Of a stretch of DNA of 32,000 nucleotides, positions 8,653-17,378 are shown piece after piece (position 1 is the stretch's first letter; each line of letters starts with the position of its first letter). The position numbers and the translations under genes are program-made. This DNA is from Synechococcus sp. A15-28 (GTDB lineage Bacteria; Cyanobacteriota; Cyanobacteriia; PCC-6307; Cyanobiaceae). Under the pieces are notes generated by a model. The model saw only the letters and a list, made by a program, of their open reading frames with translations. It was not told the origin of the DNA and ran no database searches. The DNA lies in contig NZ_CP047931.1 of assembly GCF_014280175.1 (NCBI RefSeq), positions 990,001 to 1,022,000 on the forward strand. Reading direction: 5' to 3'.

Positions 8653-9870
8653 GTGCCCGTCACGGACCCGTCGTCCGCCTATGACCCGAACGAGCAGCTG
8701 GCACGCCTGGGAAGGTTGTGCCGGCTTCGTTCGATTGCCGTCTATCGCGAACAGGCTCTCTACCTTCAGGTTCTGAGGGATGAGCTTGGCCCTGCTGTCC
8801 GTCAGGCTCTGTTCTCGTTGATGTCGGAGACGGATCCCCTCAGGCTCGATCAGCTCACGGACGGTCAGAGAATTCGCTTCCATGCGGCGAACGACAATCT
8901 GATCAACCGTTGTTCGGTTCTGCTGACGGTGGAACAGCAGATGCATCTGGCTGATCAGATCCAGCAGGAACAGCTGAGGCATCAGGCAAGGGCCAGCCGT
9001 CAGATGCTCCAGGGGCTGCAACAGGTTGCTCAGCAACAGCAGAGTGGGAATGATCCTCAGCAGGTTGATCCTTCACCTGGAGGGTCCGAAGGCTCCGTTG
9101 AGCTGAGCATGGCTCCACCCCTCGATCAACCCCAGCGTTTCGGCATTCATCCGACCCCGTCCTTCCGGCGCAAGAAGTCATCCCAGCACGATCAGCCGCC
9201 TCAGACCCAGCCTCCTCTGAGCCAGGTCCCTGCCGAACCACCACCACAGTCTGAGCCGCAACCCCCACGGGATCCTGGCGACGGCGATGTTCCAGGGGAT
9301 CTCGACGTTCTCAGATCGTTGTTCGAGCTTGCTGGTGAGGCGCTTGAGCAGCCCGGAAGCGCGGGGTCATTGGTTGGATCCTCCAGCGGAGCTCCATCAT
9401 CCGAGGAGCGGAACAACCTGTTACCGACCATGCCGGTGGCGTTGCTGCAGTGGATGGACGCCATGGATCTGGCCCTGGCGCGACGGCTGCGGAACCTCTC
9501 CCATGCCGTGAATGTTCAACTGCTGCGTTCCGGTCTGGCCCAAGCCCTGCTGCCGGTGAATCTGCTGGAGGCCGCCTTGAACGGTCAGATGGAAACGCAG
9601 GCGGCACCCTCCAATCTGCTGAGGCTTCAGTTGCCTCTCGCCATGGGACAGCTGGGCCCAGGGATGGATGTTCTCTGTGTGCTGGTGCGTAGCAGTGAGC
9701 TGGAATTCGACAGCTTCCGACTGCGACGTTGCCGTCGTCGCCTGCGCGACCAGCAACAGGAACTGTTCAAAATGGTTAGGCAGCAGCGCCACTGGGAGCG
9801 TCGCTGTCTGGATCGTGAAGCTCGCAAGCCTTGGCAGATTCCCTCCGATCCCAAGACCCCCGGGGACTGA
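8653..9870 (+). CDS. Hypothetical Gln/Pro-rich protein (405 aa)
   Basis: Long ORF with a GTG start 5 nt after the tsf stop and coding-like codon usage. Has a central low-complexity Pro/Gln tract and an Arg-rich C-terminus. No family recognised. Confidence 0.6.
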   Translation: MPVTDPSSAYDPNEQLARLGRLCRLRSIAVYREQALYLQVLRDELGPAVRQALFSLMSETDPLRLDQLTDGQRIRFHAANDNLINRCSVLLTVEQQMHLADQIQQEQLRHQARASRQMLQGLQQVAQQQQSGNDPQQVDPSPGGSEGSVELSMAPPLDQPQRFGIHPTPSFRRKKSSQHDQPPQTQPPLSQVPAEPPPQSEPQPPRDPGDGDVPGDLDVLRSLFELAGEALEQPGSAGSLVGSSSGAPSSEERNNLLPTMPVALLQWMDAMDLALARRLRNLSHAVNVQLLRSGLAQALLPVNLLEAALNGQMETQAAPSNLLRLQLPLAMGQLGPGMDVLCVLVRSSELEFDSFRLRRCRRRLRDQQQELFKMVRQQRHWERRCLDREARKPWQIPSDPKTPGD

Positions 9871-12341
9871 ACCGTGAGCAGCTCAGTGTATTGCTGTGTT
9901 GGCTCAAGCCTCTGCAGCAGGCACTTTCGCTTGAGGTTGAAACCGGTTTCAACAATCTCCAGGGCCGGCAGCAACGGTTTGATGGCTTTTTGATTCATCA
10001 GCTGTCTGAACCGCCGGCGCTGCCTTACCCCCCCGGTGTCGAGGATCGCCTGCGGGGCCTGCAGCAAGGCTTTGTTGGTTATGGGGATCTGGCAGAAAGC
10101 GGTCGCCGACGGCTGGTCACGGACACCCGTCAATGGCTGCATGAGTTGCGGCTCCGCCTTGAACCTTCAGCGCCGATGGCACCGCCGCGGCTGCGAGTGG
10201 CATCCTCCAGCACGTCGGCACCACTGCGAGAGCTGGGTCTGGACAGTCCGTTGACGCAGCTGCGTGGCGTGGGCCCGAAGCTGGCAGGTCGACTGGCCGC
10301 CATCGGTCTGCTGCTGGTGCGGGACCTGCTGAAGCATTATCCGCGAGACCACGTCGACTACGCCACCCGCCGTCGGATCGAGGCCCTCGTGGTTGGAGAA
10401 ACCGCCACGATCGTGGCCACCATCCGCCGCTGCAACGGTTTCGTCAGTCCGCGCAATCCGAATCTGGCGATTCTGGAGCTGCAGCTCCAGGACCCCACGG
10501 GTCGGATCAAGGTCACACGGTTTCTGGCGGGTAAGCGGTTCAGTTCGCCGGCTTATCTCAAGGGGCAACAGCGGCTTTATCCCCAAGGGGCGACGGTGGC
10601 CGTCAGTGGTCTGATCAAAGAAGGGCCCTACGGGGTGACGTTCCAGGACCCGTTGATCGAGGTGCTGGAAAGCAGCAATGCCGAGGTGCGGTCCCGCAAC
10701 ATCGGTCGTCTGATGCCGGTTTATGGCCTGACTGAAGGGGTTGCGGCGGATCGCTTCCGGCAACTGATGGATCAAGTGTTGCCCCTGGCACGCACCTGGC
10801 AGGACCCCCTCAGCCAGACCGAATGTCGCCACTGGTCGTTGGTCAGCCTTCCGGAAGCATTCCAGGGACTGCACGCACCGGACGATCCGAGCCAGTTGGA
10901 TCGGGCCCGGCGTCGGCTGGTGTTCGACGAATTCCTGATGCTGCAGCTCGGATTGCTGCGGCGCAGGCGAAGCCTGCGCCAGCGTCCTTCCCCCCAGCTG
11001 GAGTTGATCCGGCGCGGTGATGGGCTGGTGGGGCAATTTATGGCGTCCCTGCCCTTTGCCTTCACGGCTGCCCAGGAGCGGGTTTTCGCCGAAATCGAGG
11101 CTGATCTGCAACGTTCCCAGCCCATGGCTCGCTTGGTGCAGGGGGATGTCGGTTCCGGCAAGACCGTCGTGGCCATTGCGGCGCTGCTGAGCACCATCAG
11201 TTCCGGCTGGCAGGGGGCGTTGATGGCCCCCACAGAGGTCTTGGCTGAGCAGCACCATCGCAACCTCTGCCGCTGGCTTCCTCCACTGCATGTGACGGTG
11301 GAGTTGCTCACCGGGGCAACGCCGCGGAGCAAACGGCGACAACTGCTCGATGACCTGGCCAATGGCTCTTTGAAGGTTCTGGTCGGCACCCATGCCCTGC
11401 TGGAGGATCCCGTGGTGTTTTCCCGCCTGGGACTGGTGGTGGTGGATGAGCAGCACCGCTTCGGAGTGCACCAGCGGGACCGATTGCTCAACAAGGGCCT
11501 GCAGCCCCATCTGCTCACGATGACCGCCACACCGATACCCCGCACCCTGGCGCTGTCTCTCCATGGCGACCTGGACGTCAGTCAGATCGATGAACTGCCG
11601 CCGGGACGGACGCCCATCCGCACCGCCATGCTGACGGCTGCTCAGCGGTCGCAGGCCTATGAGCTGATCCGTGAAGCGGTGGCCCGTGGCCAACGGGCCT
11701 ATGTGGTACTGCCCCTGGTGGAGGAATCCGAGAAACTCGAGCTGCGATCAGCTGTGGAGGTTCACGCGGAACTGGCCTCAGAGGTGTTCCCGGAGCTGAC
11801 GGTCGGTCTGCTGCACGGTCGCTTGAACAGTGCCGATAAGCAGGCCGTGCTGCGGGACTTTGCCGACGGCTGCAGCCAGGTGCTCGTGTCCACCACGGTG
11901 GTGGAAGTGGGCGTAGATGTGCCCGAGGCCAGCGTGATGGTGATCGACCATGCCGAACGTTTCGGATTGGCTCAGCTGCATCAGCTGCGCGGCAGGGTTG
12001 GCCGTGGTGAGGCCGCCTCCCACTGCCTGTTGATCAATGGCAGTTCCAATCCTCTGGCTCGACAGCGTCTGGAGGTGCTGGTGCGTTCCAACGACGGCTT
12101 CGAGATCGCCGAAATGGACCTGCGCCTGCGGGGGCCGGGTCAGGTGCTGGGAACCCGGCAGTCCGGACTTCCCGACCTGGCGTTGGCCAGCCTGGCGGAT
12201 GATGGTGCCGTGCTTGAGGACGCCCGGGCGGCGGCCCAACAGCTGATGGAGCAGGACCCGGATCTGTCCGATCACGTTGCACTTCTCTCGCTGTTGGAGG
12301 AGCAGCAGCGCCGGCTCAGCGGGGCGGCACCTCTGAACTGA
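9831..12341 (+). CDS. recG: ATP-dependent DNA helicase RecG; start uncertain
   Basis: Helicase motifs GDVGSGKT (Walker A), VVVDEQHRFG (DEQH box), TATPIPRTL, QLHQLRGRVGRG. A TTG start at 9831 would overlap the previous ORF by 40 nt; in-frame TTG 9891 is an alternative. Confidence 0.9.
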   Translation: MADSLRSQDPRGLNREQLSVLLCWLKPLQQALSLEVETGFNNLQGRQQRFDGFLIHQLSEPPALPYPPGVEDRLRGLQQGFVGYGDLAESGRRRLVTDTRQWLHELRLRLEPSAPMAPPRLRVASSSTSAPLRELGLDSPLTQLRGVGPKLAGRLAAIGLLLVRDLLKHYPRDHVDYATRRRIEALVVGETATIVATIRRCNGFVSPRNPNLAILELQLQDPTGRIKVTRFLAGKRFSSPAYLKGQQRLYPQGATVAVSGLIKEGPYGVTFQDPLIEVLESSNAEVRSRNIGRLMPVYGLTEGVAADRFRQLMDQVLPLARTWQDPLSQTECRHWSLVSLPEAFQGLHAPDDPSQLDRARRRLVFDEFLMLQLGLLRRRRSLRQRPSPQLELIRRGDGLVGQFMASLPFAFTAAQERVFAEIEADLQRSQPMARLVQGDVGSGKTVVAIAALLSTISSGWQGALMAPTEVLAEQHHRNLCRWLPPLHVTVELLTGATPRSKRRQLLDDLANGSLKVLVGTHALLEDPVVFSRLGLVVVDEQHRFGVHQRDRLLNKGLQPHLLTMTATPIPRTLALSLHGDLDVSQIDELPPGRTPIRTAMLTAAQRSQAYELIREAVARGQRAYVVLPLVEESEKLELRSAVEVHAELASEVFPELTVGLLHGRLNSADKQAVLRDFADGCSQVLVSTTVVEVGVDVPEASVMVIDHAERFGLAQLHQLRGRVGRGEAASHCLLINGSSNPLARQRLEVLVRSNDGFEIAEMDLRLRGPGQVLGTRQSGLPDLALASLADDGAVLEDARAAAQQLMEQDPDLSDHVALLSLLEEQQRRLSGAAPLN

Positions 12342-12352
12342 ACCCCTAGACC

Positions 12353-13081
12353 ATGTCTGCTGCCAGCCAACCCATGCGTCCCTGGAGTGATCGTCCCATC
12401 CACGAGAACGGAGACGCTCTTGTGGCGTTGCCGCCGGCCTTGTTGCGGCTGGAGCCACACCCCTATGTCGAGGCCGGCGCCCCCTACGGACCGAACGCCG
12501 ATCCGTTTCAACTGCGATCCGGGGTGGTGCAGCGTCTTCTGGCAGCGCAGGAGGAGCTTCAGGCCCGTCAGCCGCAGCTGCGGCTGGCCATTTTTGATGC
12601 CTGGAGGCCTCTGGCGGTGCAGGCCTACATGGTGGAGCAGGCGGTTGCAGCTGAAATCAACCGACGCGGTATCGATCGGGCTGATGCCCAGCAACTAGCC
12701 GCTGTGCGGAACGCGGTCGGACGCTTCTGGGCGCCACCGAGCCCTGATCCCTCAACACCGCCTCCCCACAGCACTGGGGCAGCGGTGGATCTCACCCTGG
12801 CCAGCCAGCGGGATGGAATCACCCTGCCCATGGGGGGAGCCATTGATGCCGTGGATGTGATCTCAGAGCCAGACCACTACGCGGGCGCGGCCCCGAACAC
12901 TGAAGCAGCAACGTGGCATCAACGCCGGCAACTTCTTGCTTCGGTGATGGAAGCCGCCGGTTTTGCCCAGCACCCGAATGAGTGGTGGCATTTCAGCCAT
13001 GGAGATCAGCTGTGGGCCTGGAGAACCGGAGCCACCAAGGCGATCTATGCAGCGGCACCCAGCAGCTCACTCACCGCCTGA
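12353..13081 (+). CDS. ddpX: D-alanyl-D-alanine dipeptidase (VanX/DdpX-like, peptidase M15D)
   Basis: Zinc-site-like motifs HSTGAAVDLTL and EWWHFSHGD, plus FDAWRPLAVQ; 242 aa. Confidence 0.75.
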   Translation: MSAASQPMRPWSDRPIHENGDALVALPPALLRLEPHPYVEAGAPYGPNADPFQLRSGVVQRLLAAQEELQARQPQLRLAIFDAWRPLAVQAYMVEQAVAAEINRRGIDRADAQQLAAVRNAVGRFWAPPSPDPSTPPPHSTGAAVDLTLASQRDGITLPMGGAIDAVDVISEPDHYAGAAPNTEAATWHQRRQLLASVMEAAGFAQHPNEWWHFSHGDQLWAWRTGATKAIYAAAPSSSLTA

Positions 13082-14802
13082 TCGCCGAGTTTCTCCACAT
13101 GGTCGCCGAAGCTGCGGCGACCGCCAGCCTGTTTCCAGCTGATCAGAAGCGGTTCGATGGTTTGTTCCAGCTCATCCAGCGGCATGCGTTGCAGGAAGGG
13201 CTGGGCCAGGCGCTGCAGGTTGGCGCTGCCGCCCAGCCACAGCTGGTACTGGTTCACGCCGCTGCCCACCAGGGCCAGCTCAGCCATGTAGGGCCGTGCA
13301 CAACCATTGGGGCACCCGGTCATTCGGATCAACATCGACTTGTCGATCTCGAGACGACGTAGTTGAGCATCCAGGCGATCCAGCACGCTTGGCAGGATCC
13401 GTTCCGATTCCGTGATCGCCAGACCGCAGGTCGGCAACGCCGGGCAGGCAATGGCGTGCCGGGCGAGAGGAGCGGGTGCATCGGGCAGTTCGAAGCCAAG
13501 GGCCGCTAGCTCAGCTTTGATCGTGGCCCGCTGGGCAGTCCCGATGTTGCACAGCAGCAGATCCTGGTTGGCCGTCAGGCGGATTTCCAGTTGATAGGTG
13601 TCGACGATGGCGCGCAGACCCTGCTTCATCTCACCCTTCAGCCGGCCGCAGAGAAGCGGCAGACCGACAAACCACAGACCTGCCTTCTGACGGTGCCAGC
13701 CCAGGTAGTCGAGCAGCTTGGGTTTGGGTTCGTTGCGGAGACCCTTGAGCGGTCTGGAGAAGTAGTTGGTTTTCAGCTCATTGCGGAACCAAGCGATGCC
13801 GCGATCCTCCAGCAGGTATTTCATCCGGGCGTGGCGACGAATCCGGCGGTCACCGTGATCCCGCTGCAGCGCCACGATCGCCTGGAGCAGATCAAAAACG
13901 TCTGCAGCATCCACGTAACCGAGGGGATCGGCGATGCGGGCAAAGGTCTCTTCCTTGTTATGGGTGCGGCCCATGCCACCACCCACGTACACGTTGCAGC
14001 CCCTCAGATCACCGGAAGGATCGGTGAAAGCCACGAGGCCGATGTCCTGGGTCAGTAGATCCACCGAGTTGTCACCGGGCACGGTGACGGCGACCTTGAA
14101 TTTTCTGGGGAGGTAGGTGTCGCCATAGAGCGGCTCCGCCTCACTGCCGGAGAACACACCTGGCTCCAACTGGCGTTTGCGAGCGCGGCGAACGGCCGCT
14201 GGCGGGCTGAAGCGATAGCTGAGATCGCCGTCCACCCAGAGGTCGAGGTAGGAGCCTTCGGCAGCTTCAGGACTCAACAGATCGGCGATCTCGTCGGCCA
14301 GCCGCCGTGCTGCCGGGTAGCCGCCTTTTTCGAATGGAGCGGCAGGAGCCATCACATTGCGGTTGATGTCACCACAGGCCGCCAGGGTGGAACCCAGGTT
14401 GCGCACGATAGTGCCGATTACTTCTTTCAAATCGGCCTTGGGGATGCCATGCATCTGGAAGGCCTGCCGGGTTGTGGCCCGCAGGGTGCCGTCCCCCAGC
14501 CGATCGGAGAGGTCATCCAGGGCGAGAAACAACCGTGCGGGGATGCGACCACCGGGGCTGCGCAGGCGCAGCATCATCTGCCAGGTCTTGTCCTTCCCCT
14601 TCTCGCGTTTGTCGCGATCGTCCTGCTGGTAACTGCCGTGGAACTTGAGGATCTGCAGGGCGTCTTCGCTGAAATTGGGCAGTTCATTCCCAAGTTCGCT
14701 CAGCAGCGGCTCCCGCAGGTGGTCGCTGTCCAGCTTCCGTTGTTCCGCTTTTGGGAGACTGATTTCGGTCTCCTGTTGTTCAACTGCAGCCCCGTCGCTC
14801 AC
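13045..14802 (-). CDS. sir: Ferredoxin-sulfite reductase
   Basis: ILKFHGSYQQDDRDKR is the SiR-type N-terminal motif, and the siroheme/4Fe-4S cysteines are present (ACPALPTCGLA, MTGCPNGCARP). GTG 14802 is preferred over the track start 14907, which would overlap the divergent glyS and add about 35 atypical residues. Confidence 0.9.
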   Translation of the reverse strand: MSDGAAVEQQETEISLPKAEQRKLDSDHLREPLLSELGNELPNFSEDALQILKFHGSYQQDDRDKREKGKDKTWQMMLRLRSPGGRIPARLFLALDDLSDRLGDGTLRATTRQAFQMHGIPKADLKEVIGTIVRNLGSTLAACGDINRNVMAPAAPFEKGGYPAARRLADEIADLLSPEAAEGSYLDLWVDGDLSYRFSPPAAVRRARKRQLEPGVFSGSEAEPLYGDTYLPRKFKVAVTVPGDNSVDLLTQDIGLVAFTDPSGDLRGCNVYVGGGMGRTHNKEETFARIADPLGYVDAADVFDLLQAIVALQRDHGDRRIRRHARMKYLLEDRGIAWFRNELKTNYFSRPLKGLRNEPKPKLLDYLGWHRQKAGLWFVGLPLLCGRLKGEMKQGLRAIVDTYQLEIRLTANQDLLLCNIGTAQRATIKAELAALGFELPDAPAPLARHAIACPALPTCGLAITESERILPSVLDRLDAQLRRLEIDKSMLIRMTGCPNGCARPYMAELALVGSGVNQYQLWLGGSANLQRLAQPFLQRMPLDELEQTIEPLLISWKQAGGRRSFGDHVEKLGDQAVSELLGAAA

Positions 14803-14875
14803 GCGCTTCCGGTGTTGATGAATTGAAGGTAGCGAAACGGCTTCCAATACAGTCGCCACCCGCAGTGTTGACGGC

Positions 14876-17038
14876 GTGACTTCAACCTTTCTTCTTGAGA
14901 TCGGCACAGAGGAATTACCAGCCGATTTCGTCCGTCAGGCCCTTGACCAGCTGCATGAGCGGGTGGGCCGCGATCTGCGGGACAGCCGTCTTGACCACGG
15001 CGATGTTCAGGTCAACGGCACACCACGTCGGCTTGTGGTCCGCGTGGACGGATTGGCGGACCGTCAACCTGATCTGGACGAGGAACGCAAGGGGCCTCCT
15101 GTCGCCCAGGCCTTCAAGGATGGAGTTCCCGGCCCAGCGGCGATCGGCTTCGCCAAACGCTGCGGTGTGGATCCGTCACAGCTTGAAGTGCGCGAGACGC
15201 CGAAAGGGGATTGCGTGTTCGCCAGCGTGCGGACCGCGGGGCAGGACAGCGTTGACCTGCTTCAGGATCTGATCCCCTCCTGGATCAACGGTCTTCAGGG
15301 CCGACGCTTCATGCGCTGGGGAACCGGAAGCCAGCGTTTCAGTCGACCGATTCGCTGGCTGCTGGCCTTGAAGGGGAAGGATCTGATTCCGGTGGAACTG
15401 CCGGGTGCTGATCCACCGGTGTGCAGTGATCGTTTCAGCCGCGGCCACCGCCTGCACGGCGATCAACCTGTTCCGATCGACAGCGCTGAGGACTACAGCA
15501 ACGCCCTCACATCCGCTGGCGTCATCGTTGAACGCAAGGAACGGGCTGAGCTGATCCGTTCGCAGCTCAAGGCCTCAGCGGATCAGCTCAACGGAGCGCC
15601 GGATTGTCCTGAGTCGCTCTTTGAAGAGTTGGTGGATCTCGTTGAATCGCCGCGGCTGCTGCAGGGCGCCATCGCCGATCGGTTTCTGGCGCTGCCGCCG
15701 GAAGTGATCATCACCGTGATGCAGGCGCACCAGCGCTACGTGCCGCTGAAGGTTCCTGAGGTGACTCCGGATCCTTTGCAACTGGCGGCCACTGGCGTGC
15801 TCCAACGGGAGTTCCTGCTAGTGGGCAATGGCCTTGAGCAGGCGGATGCATTGATCACCAGGGGCAATGAACGGGTTCTGGCGGCTCGTCTGGCGGATGC
15901 GGAGTTCTTCCTGGCCGTGGACCGGCGTCAGCCCAGCAGCAGCCGTCGCGATGCTCTTGAACGCGTCACCTTCGCTGAGGGGCTGGGAAGCCTGCTGGAC
16001 CGTTGCCGCCGGATCGAGCGCATCGCGAATCAGCTGGTGAACCAGCTCAGCCTGGATCCGTCCCAAGGTGAGGCCGCCATCCGGGCCGCCCACTTCTGCA
16101 AGCACGATCTCGTCAGCCAAATGGTTGGCGAGTTTCCTGAGCTGCAGGGACTCATGGGTGGCAAATATTTGCTGGAGCAGGGGGAAACACGGCAGGTCGC
16201 CCTGGCGGTGGTGGAGCACTACCTGCCCCGGGGCGCCGGAGATCAGCTCCCCAGCAGCGATGCCGGTGCCGTGGTGGCCTTAGCGGAACGGCTGGAGTTG
16301 TTGCTGAGCATCTTCGCCAAGGGTGAACGACCCAGCGGGTCTTCGGACCCCTATGCCCTGCGGCGTGCTGGCAACGGCCTGTTGCAGATTCTCTGGGATC
16401 GCGGCTGGAGGCTTGATCTGAGCGGTTTCCTCCGTTCCGCGGTGGAGGACTGGGTTGGCCTGTTCCCGGAGTTCGCCATCGATGCCCCATCACTGCATCA
16501 GGATCTATGCCTGCTGCTGCGTCAGCGGATTGTCTCCCAGCTGGAGGACGAGGGTTTCGCCCCCGATCTTGTGCAGGCCGTTGCCGGAGAGTCGGTGGCG
16601 ATGGAGCGCTTGCTGGCGGACCCCATGGATGTGCGCGAGCGCCTCGATCTGTTGAATTCCCTGCGCCAGTCGGAGGCGTTGCCGGCACTGATGGCGGTGG
16701 TTCAGCGGGCTGCGCGCTTGGCAGAGAAGGGTGATCTCGCAGAGAGCGATCTCTCGGTGTCAGCTGTGGTGACTCCGGAGCTCTTTGAGTCTCCAAGTGA
16801 ATCAGCGATGTACGACATCCTCGGCCGGCTTGAACCTCTGGCGTCGGAACGCCGCTACAGCGATCTTGCGGAAGCCCTGGTGAAGGCCACCCCGGTGCTG
16901 GAAGCCTTCTTTGATGGCGACGACAGCGTGATGGTGATGGCGGACGACGCTCAGTTGCGCCGCAACAGGCTCAATCTTCTCGGGGTGTTGCGCAATCAGG
17001 CCGCTGTCCTGGCCAGGTTCGATCTGATCCAGATCTGA
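14876..17038 (+). CDS. glyS: Glycine--tRNA ligase beta subunit
   Basis: (GTG)TSTFLLEIGTEELPADFV N-terminus is typical of GlyS; 720 aa. Confidence 0.95.
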   Translation: MTSTFLLEIGTEELPADFVRQALDQLHERVGRDLRDSRLDHGDVQVNGTPRRLVVRVDGLADRQPDLDEERKGPPVAQAFKDGVPGPAAIGFAKRCGVDPSQLEVRETPKGDCVFASVRTAGQDSVDLLQDLIPSWINGLQGRRFMRWGTGSQRFSRPIRWLLALKGKDLIPVELPGADPPVCSDRFSRGHRLHGDQPVPIDSAEDYSNALTSAGVIVERKERAELIRSQLKASADQLNGAPDCPESLFEELVDLVESPRLLQGAIADRFLALPPEVIITVMQAHQRYVPLKVPEVTPDPLQLAATGVLQREFLLVGNGLEQADALITRGNERVLAARLADAEFFLAVDRRQPSSSRRDALERVTFAEGLGSLLDRCRRIERIANQLVNQLSLDPSQGEAAIRAAHFCKHDLVSQMVGEFPELQGLMGGKYLLEQGETRQVALAVVEHYLPRGAGDQLPSSDAGAVVALAERLELLLSIFAKGERPSGSSDPYALRRAGNGLLQILWDRGWRLDLSGFLRSAVEDWVGLFPEFAIDAPSLHQDLCLLLRQRIVSQLEDEGFAPDLVQAVAGESVAMERLLADPMDVRERLDLLNSLRQSEALPALMAVVQRAARLAEKGDLAESDLSVSAVVTPELFESPSESAMYDILGRLEPLASERRYSDLAEALVKATPVLEAFFDGDDSVMVMADDAQLRRNRLNLLGVLRNQAAVLARFDLIQI

Positions 17039-17097
17039 CATTTTCCTGGTCAGCCTGATGGTGCAGAGCTATGGATTGTTCGTGACGAACCATCCCC

Positions 17098-17334
17098 ATG
17101 CCTGAGGAGACCAACACCACTGAGCAGCAGAGTTCCCAACCCCCGGTTGTGATCAAGCAGGGCGGCAACGGCCTCGGAACCATCGTTGCTGCGCTGATCA
17201 TCGCGGCTGCAGCGATCTATGCGATCAACGTCTGGTCCACCACCCGTAAGGAAACGGCCCCTGGCCGCAACCTGGAGAAGGGCATCGAGCGAATCAAGGA
17301 CGCTGCCAGCAAGGCAGCTGATCAGCGTCAGTGA
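17098..17334 (+). CDS. Small single-pass membrane protein, hypothetical (78 aa)
   Basis: One hydrophobic helix (LGTIVAALIIAAAAIYAINVW), a 9/10-bp hairpin just upstream (17073-17095) and a terminator-like palindrome downstream. Confidence 0.5.
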   Translation: MPEETNTTEQQSSQPPVVIKQGGNGLGTIVAALIIAAAAIYAINVWSTTRKETAPGRNLEKGIERIKDAASKAADQRQ

Positions 17335-17348
17335 TTGACTCAGTGCAA

Positions 17349-17378
17349 GCCACCATCAGCTGATGGTGGCTTTGTCTT
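17349..17378 (+). terminator. Perfect 10-bp palindrome followed by a T-rich tract; terminator for the 78-aa ORF, overlapping the chlP stop codon
   Basis: GCCACCATCA gc TGATGGTGGC (17349-17370) followed by TTTGTCTT. The right arm encodes the last four chlP codons on the minus strand. Confidence 0.5.

Noticed and set aside
10167-11693. 508-aa minus-strand ORF antisense to recG. Similar long antisense or alternative-frame ORFs occur at 2356..3555(-), 3758..4915(-), 17335..18084(+), 15818..16219(-), 19956..20588(-) and 27146..27904(-).
   Set aside because: Each lies entirely opposite or out of frame to a gene with clear family motifs. The translations are Arg/Pro/Gly/Gln-rich low-complexity strings typical of high-GC antisense frames where stop codons are rare. 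No domain signatures were seen.
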